A stretch of DNA of 64,000 bases from Gnetum montanum (Eukaryota; Plantae; Gnetophyta). Both the position numbers and the translations under genes were made by a program. This document shows, piece by piece, positions 39,765 to 53,258 of the stretch. Positions within the stretch are counted from its first letter, which is position 1. Every line of letters starts with the position of its first letter. The notes below the pieces were generated by a model. The model ran no database searches. It was not told the origin of the DNA and saw only the letters and a list, made by a program, of their open reading frames with translations. Location of the stretch: the NCBI GenBank assembly GCA_015680685.1, contig MNCI01001382.1, forward strand, positions 1 through 64,000, in the 5' to 3' direction.

Positions 39765-42232
39765 ATGGACACTTGGGCACAATTTAGCTTACCTATGATC
39801 CTAAGTGAACCTCATGGTAATGTTGAATGATTCATTAACCTTTATTACTTAGATCTTAAGCCTACAAGCTTGGTTGCCCACATAGCCTCTATAGAAAAGC
39901 CTCTCGAATGGCCTGAACACCTAGTAAAACCCTTGATCTTAAAGCGGGTGACATTATTGAAGACTCTCTAGTTGATGTTCTAGTCACAACACACAATTGT
40001 AAGGATTAAACACTAAGATTAAGTTCCACACTTAAAGCATAATATGCCCAAGACATCACCAAGGCACTTCAAACTAATATTAAGGTCTATTCTTGGTTAC
40101 ATGACGATATGTCAGGTATCAATCCATGTTTAGTTCAGCACAACATTATACCTGATCCTAGTATTAAATCAGTTAAGCAAAAAGTTTCATAAAATTAGAC
40201 CAGATCTAGCCTTGCTAATTTATGATAAGATCATAAAACTTTGCTAAGTTGGTTTCATTTGAGTTGTCTACTAGTTAGATTGGATGCATAACATAGTGGT
40301 AGTTCCTAAGAAAAATGGGAATTACATATTTGCATTAATTTTTAAGACCTAAGTAAGGTAATTATTAATATGATTTTTTGTTACCTTGTATTAACCAACT
40401 CATTGATACTATGGTTGGACATGTCTTATTCTTCTTCAAGGATGGGTTCTTGGGTTACAACCAAGTTAGGATCAACACAAAGCATTAGTTATAAATGACC
40501 TTTATGACCTCTTGGGAAACCTTTGGTTACATCATGATGTCATTCAATCTAAAGAATGTGGGAATAACCTATCAATAAGCTATGACTTACATATTTAGTG
40601 ACTACATGCTAGGGTTACTTAATAATTACATGGATGACATAGGAGTCAAATCTAAAGTAGCTACTAACTATGCACATGAATTTGACATAGTACTTTCACA
40701 GTGGTTCAAATATGAAATTAGGATAAATCCTAAGATGCTTGATTTCATAATGTCTAAATTAGGGACATGCATCGATCCTAATAAGGCTAAGGCCATAACC
40801 AACTTGGTAGTACCTACTAACCTTAAGGAGCTAGTAGATTACAAAGTAGATTTCAGTTTATTCTTAAGTTCATCTCTAACTTTATGGATAATCTACAACC
40901 CATGCAACACTTACTTAAGAAAAGAGTTCACTATGAGTGGACATGCCATTGCCAAGAAGCCTTCGATAACCTTAACAAAGAGTTGGCTCAACTACCCACA
41001 ATTTATCCACCACAAAAGAATAAATCCTTTTACATCTACCTTGTAATCTCTAACACATCCATTGTCTTTCTACTCTATCAAAAATGAGATGATGGATAAG
41101 AGTTACCTAATTACTACTTGATCCATGCATTAATAGCCTATGAGACCTGATACACAAAGCTTGAGAAGTATTGTCTAGCCTTGGTCTCTCCTTGAAGAAG
41201 TGGAGATACTACCTCTTTATGAGTCAACCCAACATCATATGCAAGGATAACCTATTAAAAGACATAATGACTAACATCTATGAAAGTAGGTGAATATCAT
41301 GATGGAAGGCCATAACAGTTGAGTTTAACTTCCATTACCTCTTTCAATTTTTAACCAAAGGCCAAGCTATAGCTAAACAACTCACAGTTTTCCTAGTTGA
41401 AGATCATGCAACTAGTGATCCTAAGTTTCTTGATGAGCATGTTGCCATTGTTAATGATGTACCTTAGGGTTATGAGGTCATCATGCACTTTGATAGAGCC
41501 TCAATTGCCCATGGGGCCAATGTTGTTGCCATCTTAACATCACCTTCTAGTATAATCCAACCTTTCTCTTATTGTTTCCATTTTCCATGTACCAACAATG
41601 TGGTAGAGTATGAAGGATTAATCAAAGAAATGATGGTAGCTCATACCTAAGGAATCAAATGGTTGATTATAAAAGGTAATTCTCAACTTGTGGTTAACCA
41701 AGTAACTAAGATTTATGCATGTAAAGCCAAACATTTATAACCTTCCTATGACCTACCTACCAAACTGATGCAACAATTTATAGACATTGATATCCAACAT
41801 ATACCCCCAAACTGAGAATACCTTAGCTAATGTCATTACAACCATAGCCCTAAGTATGATGCCATATGTGTTTAGAAAGTTACCTTTATTAACCATGATC
41901 TTTTCTCTTTCCATCATGTAGAACATTGAATTCATCCTCTTAGTCATTATTGACACCACTCTTCAAAAAGAGTCATATGACAATATCAACTTTTACCTAA
42001 TGCATGGTGAATCTCAACAGAACATGACTAATTCTCAAAAGGACACTATACATAAAAGATAAAAATAGTATGTCATCATAGCTAATAAAACATTATGTTG
42101 AAGGTCCTATGTTGACATATTATTAGTGTGCTTAGGAAAAACCAAATCTAACACAATCCTTAAGAAATTTCACAAAGGTATATGTGCAGGACATATAGGA
42201 CCTAGAGCCATGGCTACAAAGATTAGAGGACT
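39765..42232 (+). pseudogene. pol: pol of C (RT, RH, aRH, start of INT)
   Basis: DGFLGYNQV, YMDDI (ORF 40582), MHFD, TNNVVEYE, GNSQLVVNQV, HKGICAGHIGP. Confidence 0.92.
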
Positions 42233-43740
42233 ACCATGAAGATATACAAGGATCCTCTTAACACTCATAATAATAAATTGAATATAGCCACTTTGAATGT
42301 CCATGATAAGCCTAAAACTACTATAGAACTATTTGTGGTTCAGGCACCTCCTCATAATGAACATACTTCTACTAGTTATGAAACTCTATTTGTTATAAGT
42401 ATACTACCTCCTATGATCCCCAAAGAATGTTGTTCATTAGATAGTCTCGTCCCTTAACTAATAAAATTGTAGCCCTAGTTGACTAGCATCCTCTTCTAGT
42501 GGCTAATGCCTCAATATCTTCCCAACCAAACAAAAAAAATCATCCTTAAAATAAGGTAATAAGCTAGATTCTAAGCCTAAGACTAAGGATACCAATCAAT
42601 CAAAAATCTAGAAGGCAGTAGATTGACTGAAGCCTACTCTAGCTTTGGTCATACCCATGGAATCCAAAATAAAAATTCCATCTACAAGCCAACCTAGTGA
42701 TGAAATCCATAAAAAAGATAAGGAAAAAGGGCCAAAATAACAAATGTTAAAATATGAGATTAAAATTCTAGGTAGAATAGAATAGATCAAAGCCAACAAA
42801 ACTAATAAGATATCCAAAAATGATAAGGACTTCCTCACTACCATGGAGAAGTTTAAGCTCTTACTAAAATAGAAGAATACTTCTCTAAGCTTGTACAACT
42901 TGATTATAACCTTCCCTTTTCATCAAGAAGCCTTGGTTAAGATTTTAAATTCAATTCCTATCAATGAGGATATCCTAGCTAGTGAAGAGTCCATCCATCC
43001 AGTGATCATACCATCCTCACCCAAGGAAGAAATGAAGCAAATTTTATTTATGATAGTGAGGTGACAATCAACCCTCAGAGTGATGAGGTATTGATAGCTC
43101 CCCTCTTCATAATGATTAGAGTTGGATAGTACAATATTCACCATGTGCATGTTGATGATGGAGAAACAATAAATGTAATCCCCTTTTTAATCATAGAATG
43201 CCTAGGCTTTGTTGAGTACATTTTGAATACCTCTACCTCCCTACATAAATAATTTAATGAATCACATGTAGTGGTGAGAGGATCAATTTCATTGGACATT
43301 GTGACTGGGGAATAATTCTCCACATCCATTGATTTCTTTATGATGGAAGAAACACCAAGATTCAACCTAATCCTAGGAAGATCCTGGTTGGGCAAGTTAT
43401 GAATAATTTCTTTTTGAATCCATCAAGAAATTCATCTACCTAATGAGGAAGGTAAAATTATAATCCATGGAGATAGTGTAGTCCTATTTTCTATTAACAA
43501 TTTTGACGTTAAGAAGGATTTGAGCTAGAGTTTCAAGAGAAAATTTCTATGGTTAAAAACAAAATCAATAATCATAATAGAACCAACCAAGCCAAAACCA
43601 ATAACATTGGGGCCATAATGAATTTTGGGAAGAGCTTCCATTTAGTATTGTAAGTGAAGGGAATGAGGAGTATAAGATCATCAAACAAAAACTATACAAA
43701 TTCCCTAATCTCTCAAAGATTAGAAAATAGTTGAACATCT
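42233..43740 (+). pseudogene. gag: gag tail and protease of D
   Basis: HVHVDDGETINVIP...FNLILGRSWLGK..IHQEIHLP (43095-43470), collinear with B 19980-20870. Confidence 0.85.
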
Positions 43741-44229
43741 TGCCCATTTTCTATGTCTTGTACATATTGTATGGTCATATAACTGGTAGCCTTATTTGTA
43801 GTTTTTATTTACATTTTCATGTTTACATATAGCATATGTGTGGTCATTTTTATTTACATGTTTACAAATTTACTTCATTAAATCATGTTGGCCAATTTTC
43901 CATATAGCCTTACTTTACATTTTCATATCAATTTATAGCATATGTTTATTCTTTACATTTACAACAGAATCATAAAATAAAATATTAAATAATATTAAAT
44001 ATTAAAACTAAATAACAAATATAAAATATTTAAAAAATAAAAAATTAATACTAAAACTATAGCCATAGTCACACTGTGTAACAATAACAAAAAAGAAATG
44101 TTAAATAGCCATACTTCCAATGTGCAACAAATAATAAAAAAATATTAATACATAGTCTCTATGACTATAATACCCAAATGAAAAAAACTAAGCCATAACA
44201 AAAATAACAAAGTATAATAAGTCCATTAG

Positions 44230-47200
44230 TGATCAAAACTAAGCCATATGGGAAGGAGAAGGATCATCATCAACATCATCACCAATGTCATCATTACCAT
44301 CACTTGGGGCCTATAGACAACAAAACATCTAAACAATTAGTGACCATGATGACTAAAGAACATAACTATAAAACAATAAAACATGGGATGACCATGATAA
44401 CCAAAATTTACAACTAAAAACTTAAAATATATATTTTCAAATCTCATGGGATTCAAAAGTAATATCTTCAAGAGTGAATTTATGGAGGTCAATTTCCAAC
44501 ATATGAAGAATCTATTCTTTAGTCATGTTTGCTCAATCAATTTCTCCTAGATACACTCCTACCAAGATTTTTCTCCTATATATATCTATCCACTTAGGAA
44601 GAGTATGGAAAAAGGTAGCTATGGAAGTTTCCCCAGATGTTGTAGTGATATGAAAAATACAAGAATCAACAACCATCACTAATTCCTTGAACATGCTAAA
44701 GATGTCCTCTGCATCTATCTCCTATTTAAACAACTCATATTTCCATTGTTTCATGGTTGCATCATGTCATGATTTTAGGTAGTTCTCCTTTTCTACCTTA
44801 TATAATCACTCGTGAGTCTTTTACTTCTTTTTCCATTCTAACACACAAGCATAATAATCCATCCAATCTCAAGTCTTATGAACCAATAGCTCCAGCTACA
44901 TGTCCTTCTCCATGTTGCTCTTAGATAGAGAAACCTTAACTTTGGATGGTGTTCCAATAACATGACCACTTGATCTCCTTCATGAAATAGGAATCTGTAT
45001 TGGCCACATTGGCCTCTATGAACTCCTTATGATCTCAAAGAATCCTTTCTCTTTTGATAGCTCCTTGACCTACTTTTCGAAAGCCATAATCTGCTCTTGC
45101 AAAAGTTCATTTGAGTGTTGGAACTCCCAAGATGTCTTTCCACATGATATAGGACATTTTTTAGTTCCTTTATATAATTACCATGGAACATTGTTTACAT
45201 CTAATGGTAGCTTACACATCCCATAAAATTCAGTGTCTTGCATAAGATTTCAACTAACTTAAGACACTACCATAACCAAAAACATAAGAAATATAAAAAC
45301 AACTAACAATATTTTAAAACTACTAAAATTATAACAAATATGTAGCCATAAAACATGAAAACACATAAAAATATAAAAAAAAGTGTAAAAAAAAATATTC
45401 TAACTTCCATTACCAACATCAAGAGCCATCTGCTGTAATCTATTAAACATATCATCTACCATTACCGACATGAATTCCATCTTGTTTAGAACCTCCACCC
45501 AAGGCCTAGAATGGAATGTAGATATTGATGCTTTTAGAGGAGGATCATGCACTACAATAACTATAATAATCAACATAATTTATAACAAGTAAATAGACAA
45601 TTTAAAACAAATGTATGAACAACATCAATATTTACAAGAAAGATCNCAATTTAAAACAAATGTATGAACAACATCAATATTTACAAGAAAGATCATGAGA
45701 CAAGTTCATTGGATGATTGCCTTCTGAAGACAAATAGCCTAAGATGGAATCTATGATAACTAGTGCATCATGGAATGCCCTTTTCTCTTCTTTCTTACAT
45801 TGTTGTTCCTCATCCATAGTAGCCTAGGTATATAATTCCTTTTTTCTCCCTATAATAAATCAAAGTAAAAAAAAATAGAACAAGTTAATAAATAATTTTA
45901 GAAATAAAAATACAACCAAATAAAATAATACAAAAACTAAAAATATAAAAAATATATACATACCTCCAATAGACTGGTTGACCTTGTTAAACTTAATGGC
46001 CAACTTCTTATGTGATGGTTGGCTAATAATGAGAATGTTTTCTTCAACTTGAGGCCTCTTCATCTTTTCTTTAGTGGTGTCTTCTACTTCTATGTGTATC
46101 ATTTTGGCCTATTTTACATTACCATGTGTAGCATGGGGCTCTATCCCCATGTTGTTAGAAAGAAAACATGTACATCACTAACATTATTAGTGGTAATACA
46201 TACCAATTCACCCACATCCTCCAATGGTAAATCTTCAACACACATCACTTGAATGATGTACTTAGTGTAAGGCTTAGATAGTTAGAAGGCATCATTTGAC
46301 ATCCACTTTCATTTCTCCTAATCATCAAGAACTCCATGAAAATTCTAAGATAAACACCAAAGAATGTAATGTGCACATGGTATAGTGAATTAAGATTATT
46401 ATAGAGTTTTCAAATTTTTTCCTTTAGAACAATGAGCAAGAAGGTAGTCTAATCAAACCTACTATCATTAGTCAAAATCTTTTTCATAGTCTAGGCTTGT
46501 TAAATCCCTATGGTTATCTTCTATGATAGTAGCATAGGAAAGGATATAGCATGGAAAAGAAGGTAATTCCTATTTACCTCCTCAACATCACACCTAATGA
46601 AATATAATGTAGCTCTAGAAGATGATTTGAGCTAGGTGTCCATTTCCTCTCTATGGCCTACATCTTTTCCTATTGTAATAGTCACCTTGATACTACTAGA
46701 AGGTATGTCTAAAAGATCACTAAACATGAGCTTATTAATGCTTAAAACAATGGGAAAGCCATGAATACAAGTGAAAAATTTGATGGCTCTCTCATTAAAA
46801 GACTTAATCATGTTATACATCTCGACATATGATATGAATGGACTAGGTAGCATAAACAAGTCAAACAAACCTATACTAGTGATCCTCTATTATATATTGG
46901 TAGGAGCTTTGTTTGTCACCATCCTTGTTCTTAATCTACTTAATCCAATTTAAGAAGAATCTTCTTCTCAATAACGTAAATTTATCATAGTAATTGTAGA
47001 CTCATGCATGAAATTTGTAATACAACATAGTTAGCCTATTAGACTTGTTACATCATAGAGAATCAATAAAATGATAAAAAACTATAAAAAATAAAAAACT
47101 AAAAAATAATAAAAAGAAAAAATGCTAAAAATGTTGGCCATGCTTGAACAATTTTCATTCACAAAGCTTATGCAAAGCCAAAAACTTAAGCTGAACTTAT

Positions 47201-47975
47201 GAAGTCCTTATAAGTCTTGTAGAGTCCAAAATTCATGTGCACAATTAGTAGCTACACACTTTTGGTATACGTGAGAATACTCCATAAGCTACCTACCAAA
47301 CTCTGCATTGACCTAGTTAAAAACTCTTACTTTTATGACTTCACCTTACTTAAACCCCTCCATAGTAGTGTGGGCCATAAATAGGATTTGGAAATTTTTC
47401 ACCAACCCCTCACTCTATACCCTAAAAGTATAAAACTTAAGCATGAAAATGTTTAGAAAAAATAACATTGAAACCAAAAATTAAAAAAATTTCAATTTAA
47501 AATTAAGCTTATGCTTCTAGTAGGTAGAAAGTCCTAGGAAAATTCCAGAATATAGTGTTTATTCTATGAACTAGCATCAAGGTGTTATTGAAACTGTATT
47601 ACGAGTAAATTGGCATCTTCTAGATTTGTGATAATCTTTTAACTTCCATGGAATATGATATTCTTTTTCACTCTATTTCTCTTTGTGTTTTATGATCATC
47701 CATCATGAACTAAAAAATGTAGTTACAAAACCCTGCCACAAGAGTCTTTGTTATTATAGCTACAAGATCTACAACCAAGTGTGACCACACAATCACTATA
47801 ATGTTGGAGTAAGTACATCAAGAACACTCTAGCACTGGGCCTAAACCACAATGAAGTAGAATTGTCAATGTTCATATCAAGATTCAAGCTATTTTGGGTA
47901 GCCATCCAAGTGCAACATAAAATACCCACTAACTTCACAATGACCAAGATTGGTTTTAGAAATACCTTGTACATA
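44230..47975 (-). pseudogene. Antisense multi-exon cargo gene of D
   Basis: ORF 47723-47980 (VFLKPILVIVKLVGILC..LWFRPSARVFLMYLL) and ORF 46632-46868 (homologous to A 6222-6506). PWVEVLNKMEFM at ~45480 and an acidic last exon at ~44250-44310. Confidence 0.72.
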
Positions 47976-49605
47976 GCCAAGTCACATGGCCATTAGATCA
48001 TAAAGACCATAGAAACATTAAAACAAAAATTAACAAAATTTAAATAAAAGTACATCTAGAATAATAGTGTTGGAATTGAGAAAAAAATACAAATAATAAT
48101 AATAATAACCAAGTCCACTAGCATAATTGCCATTCCAATGCAAACTAAAATTTAGCCTTAAATACTAAATTTGACATCTTGGTACACATTCAACATAGGA
48201 AAAATCTAGTTTGACATTTTCATAATCCTTTGATATGAAAATAGATTAATTTAGCCTTGTAGAAAACTAGTTTCATATTTTTAACAAATAGTTGACATGT
48301 AACACCTTAAAACAAGCATTTCCACAAATAGTAGATATATAATGAAGTTCTTCACAAAATAAGAAAATAAAACTAATAGTTTTGGGGCATGGTAGATGGT
48401 ATTTTTAAAAATTTAGTGGCAAGAAACCCAAAAAATCTAAAACACTAGGAATATGGGAAAAGTGAAAATAAGAAATATAGGATTTCATGGCTCTCACAAC
48501 CCACACGTTGTCATACCTTCCCATGAAAAAACCCTAGGATCCATCATACATTGTGTTATCAAGCCTAACAAGTGTCATGCTAGCCACAAAACTAGAAAAA
48601 TTTCAAAATCATCAAAACCTAAGCCCAAACACCCAATGCATTCAATACTAGTCATAAACACCATAAAACTTTGTAATCAAGAACCATGATTGACCAACAC
48701 ATATCCCAAGGCTAGGAAAAATCTTAGAATTTTTTGTAAAATTATTTTCAATTAAAATTTCAAAGAAAATTCTCCTAACAACCCAAATTCACCATCAACA
48801 TTGTAGTTACAAGTGTATAAAAACCTAGAATTTCATCAAATTTTCATAATAAACCCTAGTTTGCAATAAATTGACTACAGAAAAAACTTGGAAAAATTGT
48901 AAAAAATCAAAAGTTCATCCAAGATAATCTTACACTATATCTACCATCCCTATTAATCCTAGGCACTAATCATATGTGATCAAAAAATTACGATTGCTAC
49001 TATTTTTTCCACAAAAAAGTATAAAAAATCTTAGAAACCATGACTAGAATGCTGCAACAAGTTGAGATAAAATCAAGATCTTTATAGAAAAAAATATAAA
49101 AGATTCAAATTCAAATTCAAGATAGCAAAAATACCTCAAATAATAATTCTATGCAATTAGACATAAGAAATCTATCCATACATAAACTAGAAAAAATGAT
49201 AAAATTTAACTAAAATTGGCAAAATGGGAGCATAAATGCTATGTATAGGTATAAGAAAATATTGAAATCTCAACCACAAGATTCAAAAAAATCCAATTCT
49301 GATTTGTAACATGATCAAAAGCCTATATCTTAAATTTGATGTAGTCAAAATGCAAAATTTCAACCAAAGTGAGCCTAGAGGTAGAAAAATGTTTCTACAA
49401 TTTCATCAAAGTAAGAAAAATACAAGGAAACTTAGTACCTAGAATCCATTGAGAAAGATCCTTCTCCTATAGATTGAACTAGAATCCTAGATGATTTGTA
49501 CTACCTCTTCTACATCATCTAATACTAGGTTTCGACTAGTCGATCTAACCTTTTTCACCATGATTTTTGAAACCTCAAAGTTCTACCCTAATTCTTGTAG
49601 AAAGA

Positions 49606-50843
49606 TGTTGACCTTTTGGTATGTCAAAACCTTAATGAAAATGGAAGAAAAATGATGCTTGTATTTTGGTTTTTGTGTTTGTAGGACAAGAACTTGGATT
49701 CAGACATCTACAAGGTTTCAAGAAAACATAAGGGAGTTCAAGAGCACTACAAAGGGAATTGAAGAAAGATGTCTCTAAAAAATAATAGATGTCTTGGCTA
49801 AAGAAGAATTAGTAAAGACAACTTGTAGAAATAACAGACATCTACTATCAAGTATAGACATCTCCAAGAAATAGCAAATGTCTAGGCCAACTTGAAGGTT
49901 TCTTAGAAGAAGACATCTCTAAAAAATAGTAGACGTCTTTTTGGTGAGAAAGACATTTTAATGAAGACATCTTCACAAATACATATTTCCTATGGATATG
50001 ACATTTTTCTAGAATGAAGGTCTAATGCAAAAAGATGTCTTTGTCTCTTAGAAGACATCTCTAGTAATCATTAGATAGCCATTACATGAATATTGATGTG
50101 TTTTCAAAAATATATTGGCTACAAGAAGACTTGATTCCATTGGGAAATGAGCAAGCATTATGTACTATCAAGTGTTATCATCAAGAAATCATTGTATACA
50201 TCATTCTCTTGTTATTTTCTCCCATTGTACTATCTTTTGTCTATTGTAAGTGATCAAAGTGAGTTATATTTCAAAGTACAAGGATCAGCAAATTTAGTTA
50301 CATTCTTTCTTTGTAATTATTATTCTCTTTTGTTACCCTATGGGGTTGATGTGCTTCTTATGGGAAGGCATCTTGCTTGAGCTTGTCGAGATCCTACAAG
50401 ATATAGTGTTGGTGTAACACCACAACACTCCAGAGTGGATCTCAAGTTGTAAAGGTTCTAGGATCCTAGAAACCACATTCTAAGCTTGTTGGAACCTTTT
50501 GAAGTTGAATATATTCATGACATTGAATCACTCCAAAGCAAATCTTAAAGCTTGTACAGGTTGTGGTGCCCTTCAAACCACATTTTGAGCTTGTTGGGAT
50601 GTTGCAGGGTTGAGAGTTTCACAATGAAAAAAATCTCCATAGAGAAGCTCAAATCTCATAAAGGTTGTGGTGTTCTTTGAACCACATTTTTGAAGAAACA
50701 AAGTTTAGAGGTATGCAAGAGATCTACCCTATACATGTGGAGTACCCAAGTTTAAGAACCACATAAAATTTGGTGTGCTTTTGTGTTGAAGAATTTTTGA
50801 TTTTGTGAACTTATTCATTCCCCCCTTCTAACTTCTTAATCCT
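49606..50843 (+). mobile_element. Solo LTR, SIRE/Sirevirus-like (Ty1/copia), inserted in the D spacer
   Basis: Repeated palindrome AGACGTCT (mostly decayed to AGACATCT/AGATGTCT) at 49700-50070 and a 3' motif TTATTCATTCCCCCCTTCTA. Candidate TSD AAAGA at 49601-5 and 50844-8. A second copy lies at 63334+. Confidence 0.65.
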
Positions 50844-51069
50844 AAAGAGAAGTCCAAATCTTTAATGTTACTGCAATCATGCTATGCATAGGGATGGGTA
50901 AAAGCAAAAATTATTAGAAAATACTAGGTATTTTGGTTTTTAACCAGAACTCAAACTCTTACATGTTGTCCTTGGGAGATTCAAATAGAAAATGGCTTCC
51001 AACACTCAGTTTTGATGTTAAAAATTCTTTAAAATTCCCTGAAATTTTTCATAAAATTATTTTTATATT

Positions 51070-52270
51070 AAAAAACCCCCTACACATGCTATGGTTGGGA
51101 AATAACCAAGGGAATATCCTTACAAGTTGACATTTGCTTGAGATTTTTGACTTCCCAGCCTTAGATGATGATAGTTAAGTTAGTATTGAACATGGTTGGG
51201 CCCCATAGATCATTAGCCAAGGTTTCTTGAGTTCTGCACAATGCAAGATAAAAAATAACCAAGAAATTAAGATTCATACATTACTAAAACTAACCTTGGG
51301 TATCACATGCTACATCCTTTAGCCCCACATATTATGACAATTTGTCAAATAGCATGTTGAACTTGGGTTCTTGGCCACACATTACCCACATGGGCTCCAC
51401 ATGCTATGTTGGAATGTAACTAAATGTGTGGAGAAAAAAAAATTACCTTGACTAAGGTTAATCATAGATTTCTTAGAGGGCTCCACCAAACTCCAAAAAA
51501 TCAACAAAATTCCAAAGTGTTAGACAAGAATCCAAGAGCATCTACATGTTGGGGATTCAAGTCACATAAGTTGAGAATCCATCCAAGAATGCCCACATGC
51601 TAGGAATCTATGTCTTGCACATTTTGCCAATGTGTAGGCATCATGTGGGACACCAATAAGTTCTTAAACTAATCAATATATATCATGCCTTACTTGAGAT
51701 GGTCAACAAACTACGGATCTCTCCTCTACACCCTAGATGCTACCATGGAAGCCAAGATAAGCCCATAACCTAACTGGTGATTCCACATTGTGGAAAATCA
51801 AGTTCTACATGTTGTGGTAGCATGTGGGGTAGTATGTAAGGCCTACACCAAGATTTATCATGTACAAAATTGCTCATATGATACTTGGTGGATTCCACAA
51901 GACCTAGATTAGATTACCAAGATCCCCATATGTTGCAGATGGAAAATTAACTAAGAGATCAAGCTTCATAAGTTGTCAAAACTAGGTTTTGGCCTCACAT
52001 GCTAGGAAATCCTATCCCACATACTATGGCAACTTGTAGGGTAGCATGTGAAACGTTTTCAAGTGAAAAGCTTGGCCACTCTCACCCATACACTACATAG
52101 AATGGTTGGATAAGTCTTAAACCTCTTCTACACAGCACAAACATAGTCACAACAAGTCAAATAAGCCATGAACTTGGTCAAAATTCCTCACACGTTGCCT
52201 GCATAGGCCCCACACACTATGGTTGTGTCATATAGTTTTCACACATTGTGGGAAGACTCTTCACACATTT
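51070..52270 (+). repeat. Degenerate array, ~200 bp period, motif CCCACATGCTA/TAGCATGTGGG
   Basis: Motif clusters at ~51080, 51300-51430, 51590, 51780, 51995 and 52190. Confidence 0.7.
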
Positions 52271-52589
52271 GAAACATAAAATTCTAGCTTTTAAAACTAG
52301 TTTGATCATTACAAGCCATTATTCTAGTAGTTTATAGTCTATTTTCATAATATTTTCCCTTATTTTAACTATATTTTTACTTATTCAAGTATTTTAAATA
52401 ATATGTTTCTTTATTTTCACTATTTTCACCACATTTTTATTTATTTTAGTAACTTGTAGCTAGTTTCCACTAGATCTTTACTTCTTTTGGAAATTTATGA
52501 CTTTGTTTCACTAGAAATTAATGTATTTTGATAAAAAAATCACCTAAAAATAAATATTATTATTTAATACCTTATTTGATCTTATTTTA

Positions 52590-52960
52590 CCTCCTTCAAT
52601 ATCATTTGATAGAATTTGGTATTATTTGACATCATTTCATATCATTTGATACCATTTGATGTTATATGACATCATTTGATATCATTTTGCATAGTTTTGA
52701 CATCATTTAAAATTATTTGGTATCATTTTGATATTATTTGGTATCATTTGCCATTTTTTAGCATCATTCAACATCATTTCACACCATTTTGATCTCATTT
52801 GATATTATTTGACATCACTTTAACTTCATTTGGCATCATGTAATATTATTTGACATCATTTGATATCATTTTACCTCATTTTGAAAACATTAAATATTAT
52901 TTAACCATTTTAGCCTCATTTTACCATATTTTAGCATAATTTGATGTCATTTAGATTTAT
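52590..52960 (+). repeat. ~11-bp-period minisatellite (GATATCATTT/GACATCATTT) upstream of the RT acceptor
   Basis: ttgacatcatttcatatcatttgataccatttgatg...; weaker equivalents precede the acceptors of A, B and C. Confidence 0.75.
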
Positions 52961-53258
52961 TTAGGTCACTTTCAACCATCTTTGAAATCATCTTATATGG
53001 TTTTGAAAATATTTAACCTTATTCTACATCATTTGGCCCTTGTTCCACCTAGTTGCACCTTAATCTACCTTATTTAATCTTATTTTACCTTGTTATGACA
53101 TTATGTTACCTCATTTTTCCTTGTTTTACTTGGTTTTCATCTTGTTTTGATTTATTATGCTTTATTATTATAGTATTTTGCATCATTTTAACATTGTTTG
53201 ATAATTATACCATACAGATGCTAGTTAATATGTCTTTGCTAATAAGTAGGATTAAATC

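Larger units (their letters stand above)
35275..42232 (+). mobile_element. Element C fragment: spacer plus pol, truncated in the integrase N-terminus
   Basis: Antisense exon, repeat array, acceptor at 39755 and pol at 39765-42232. Confidence 0.85.

Noticed and set aside
45598-45694. Perfect 48-bp direct repeat
   Set aside because: The two copies are separated by an N at 45646, which is typical of a scaffold-join artefact.
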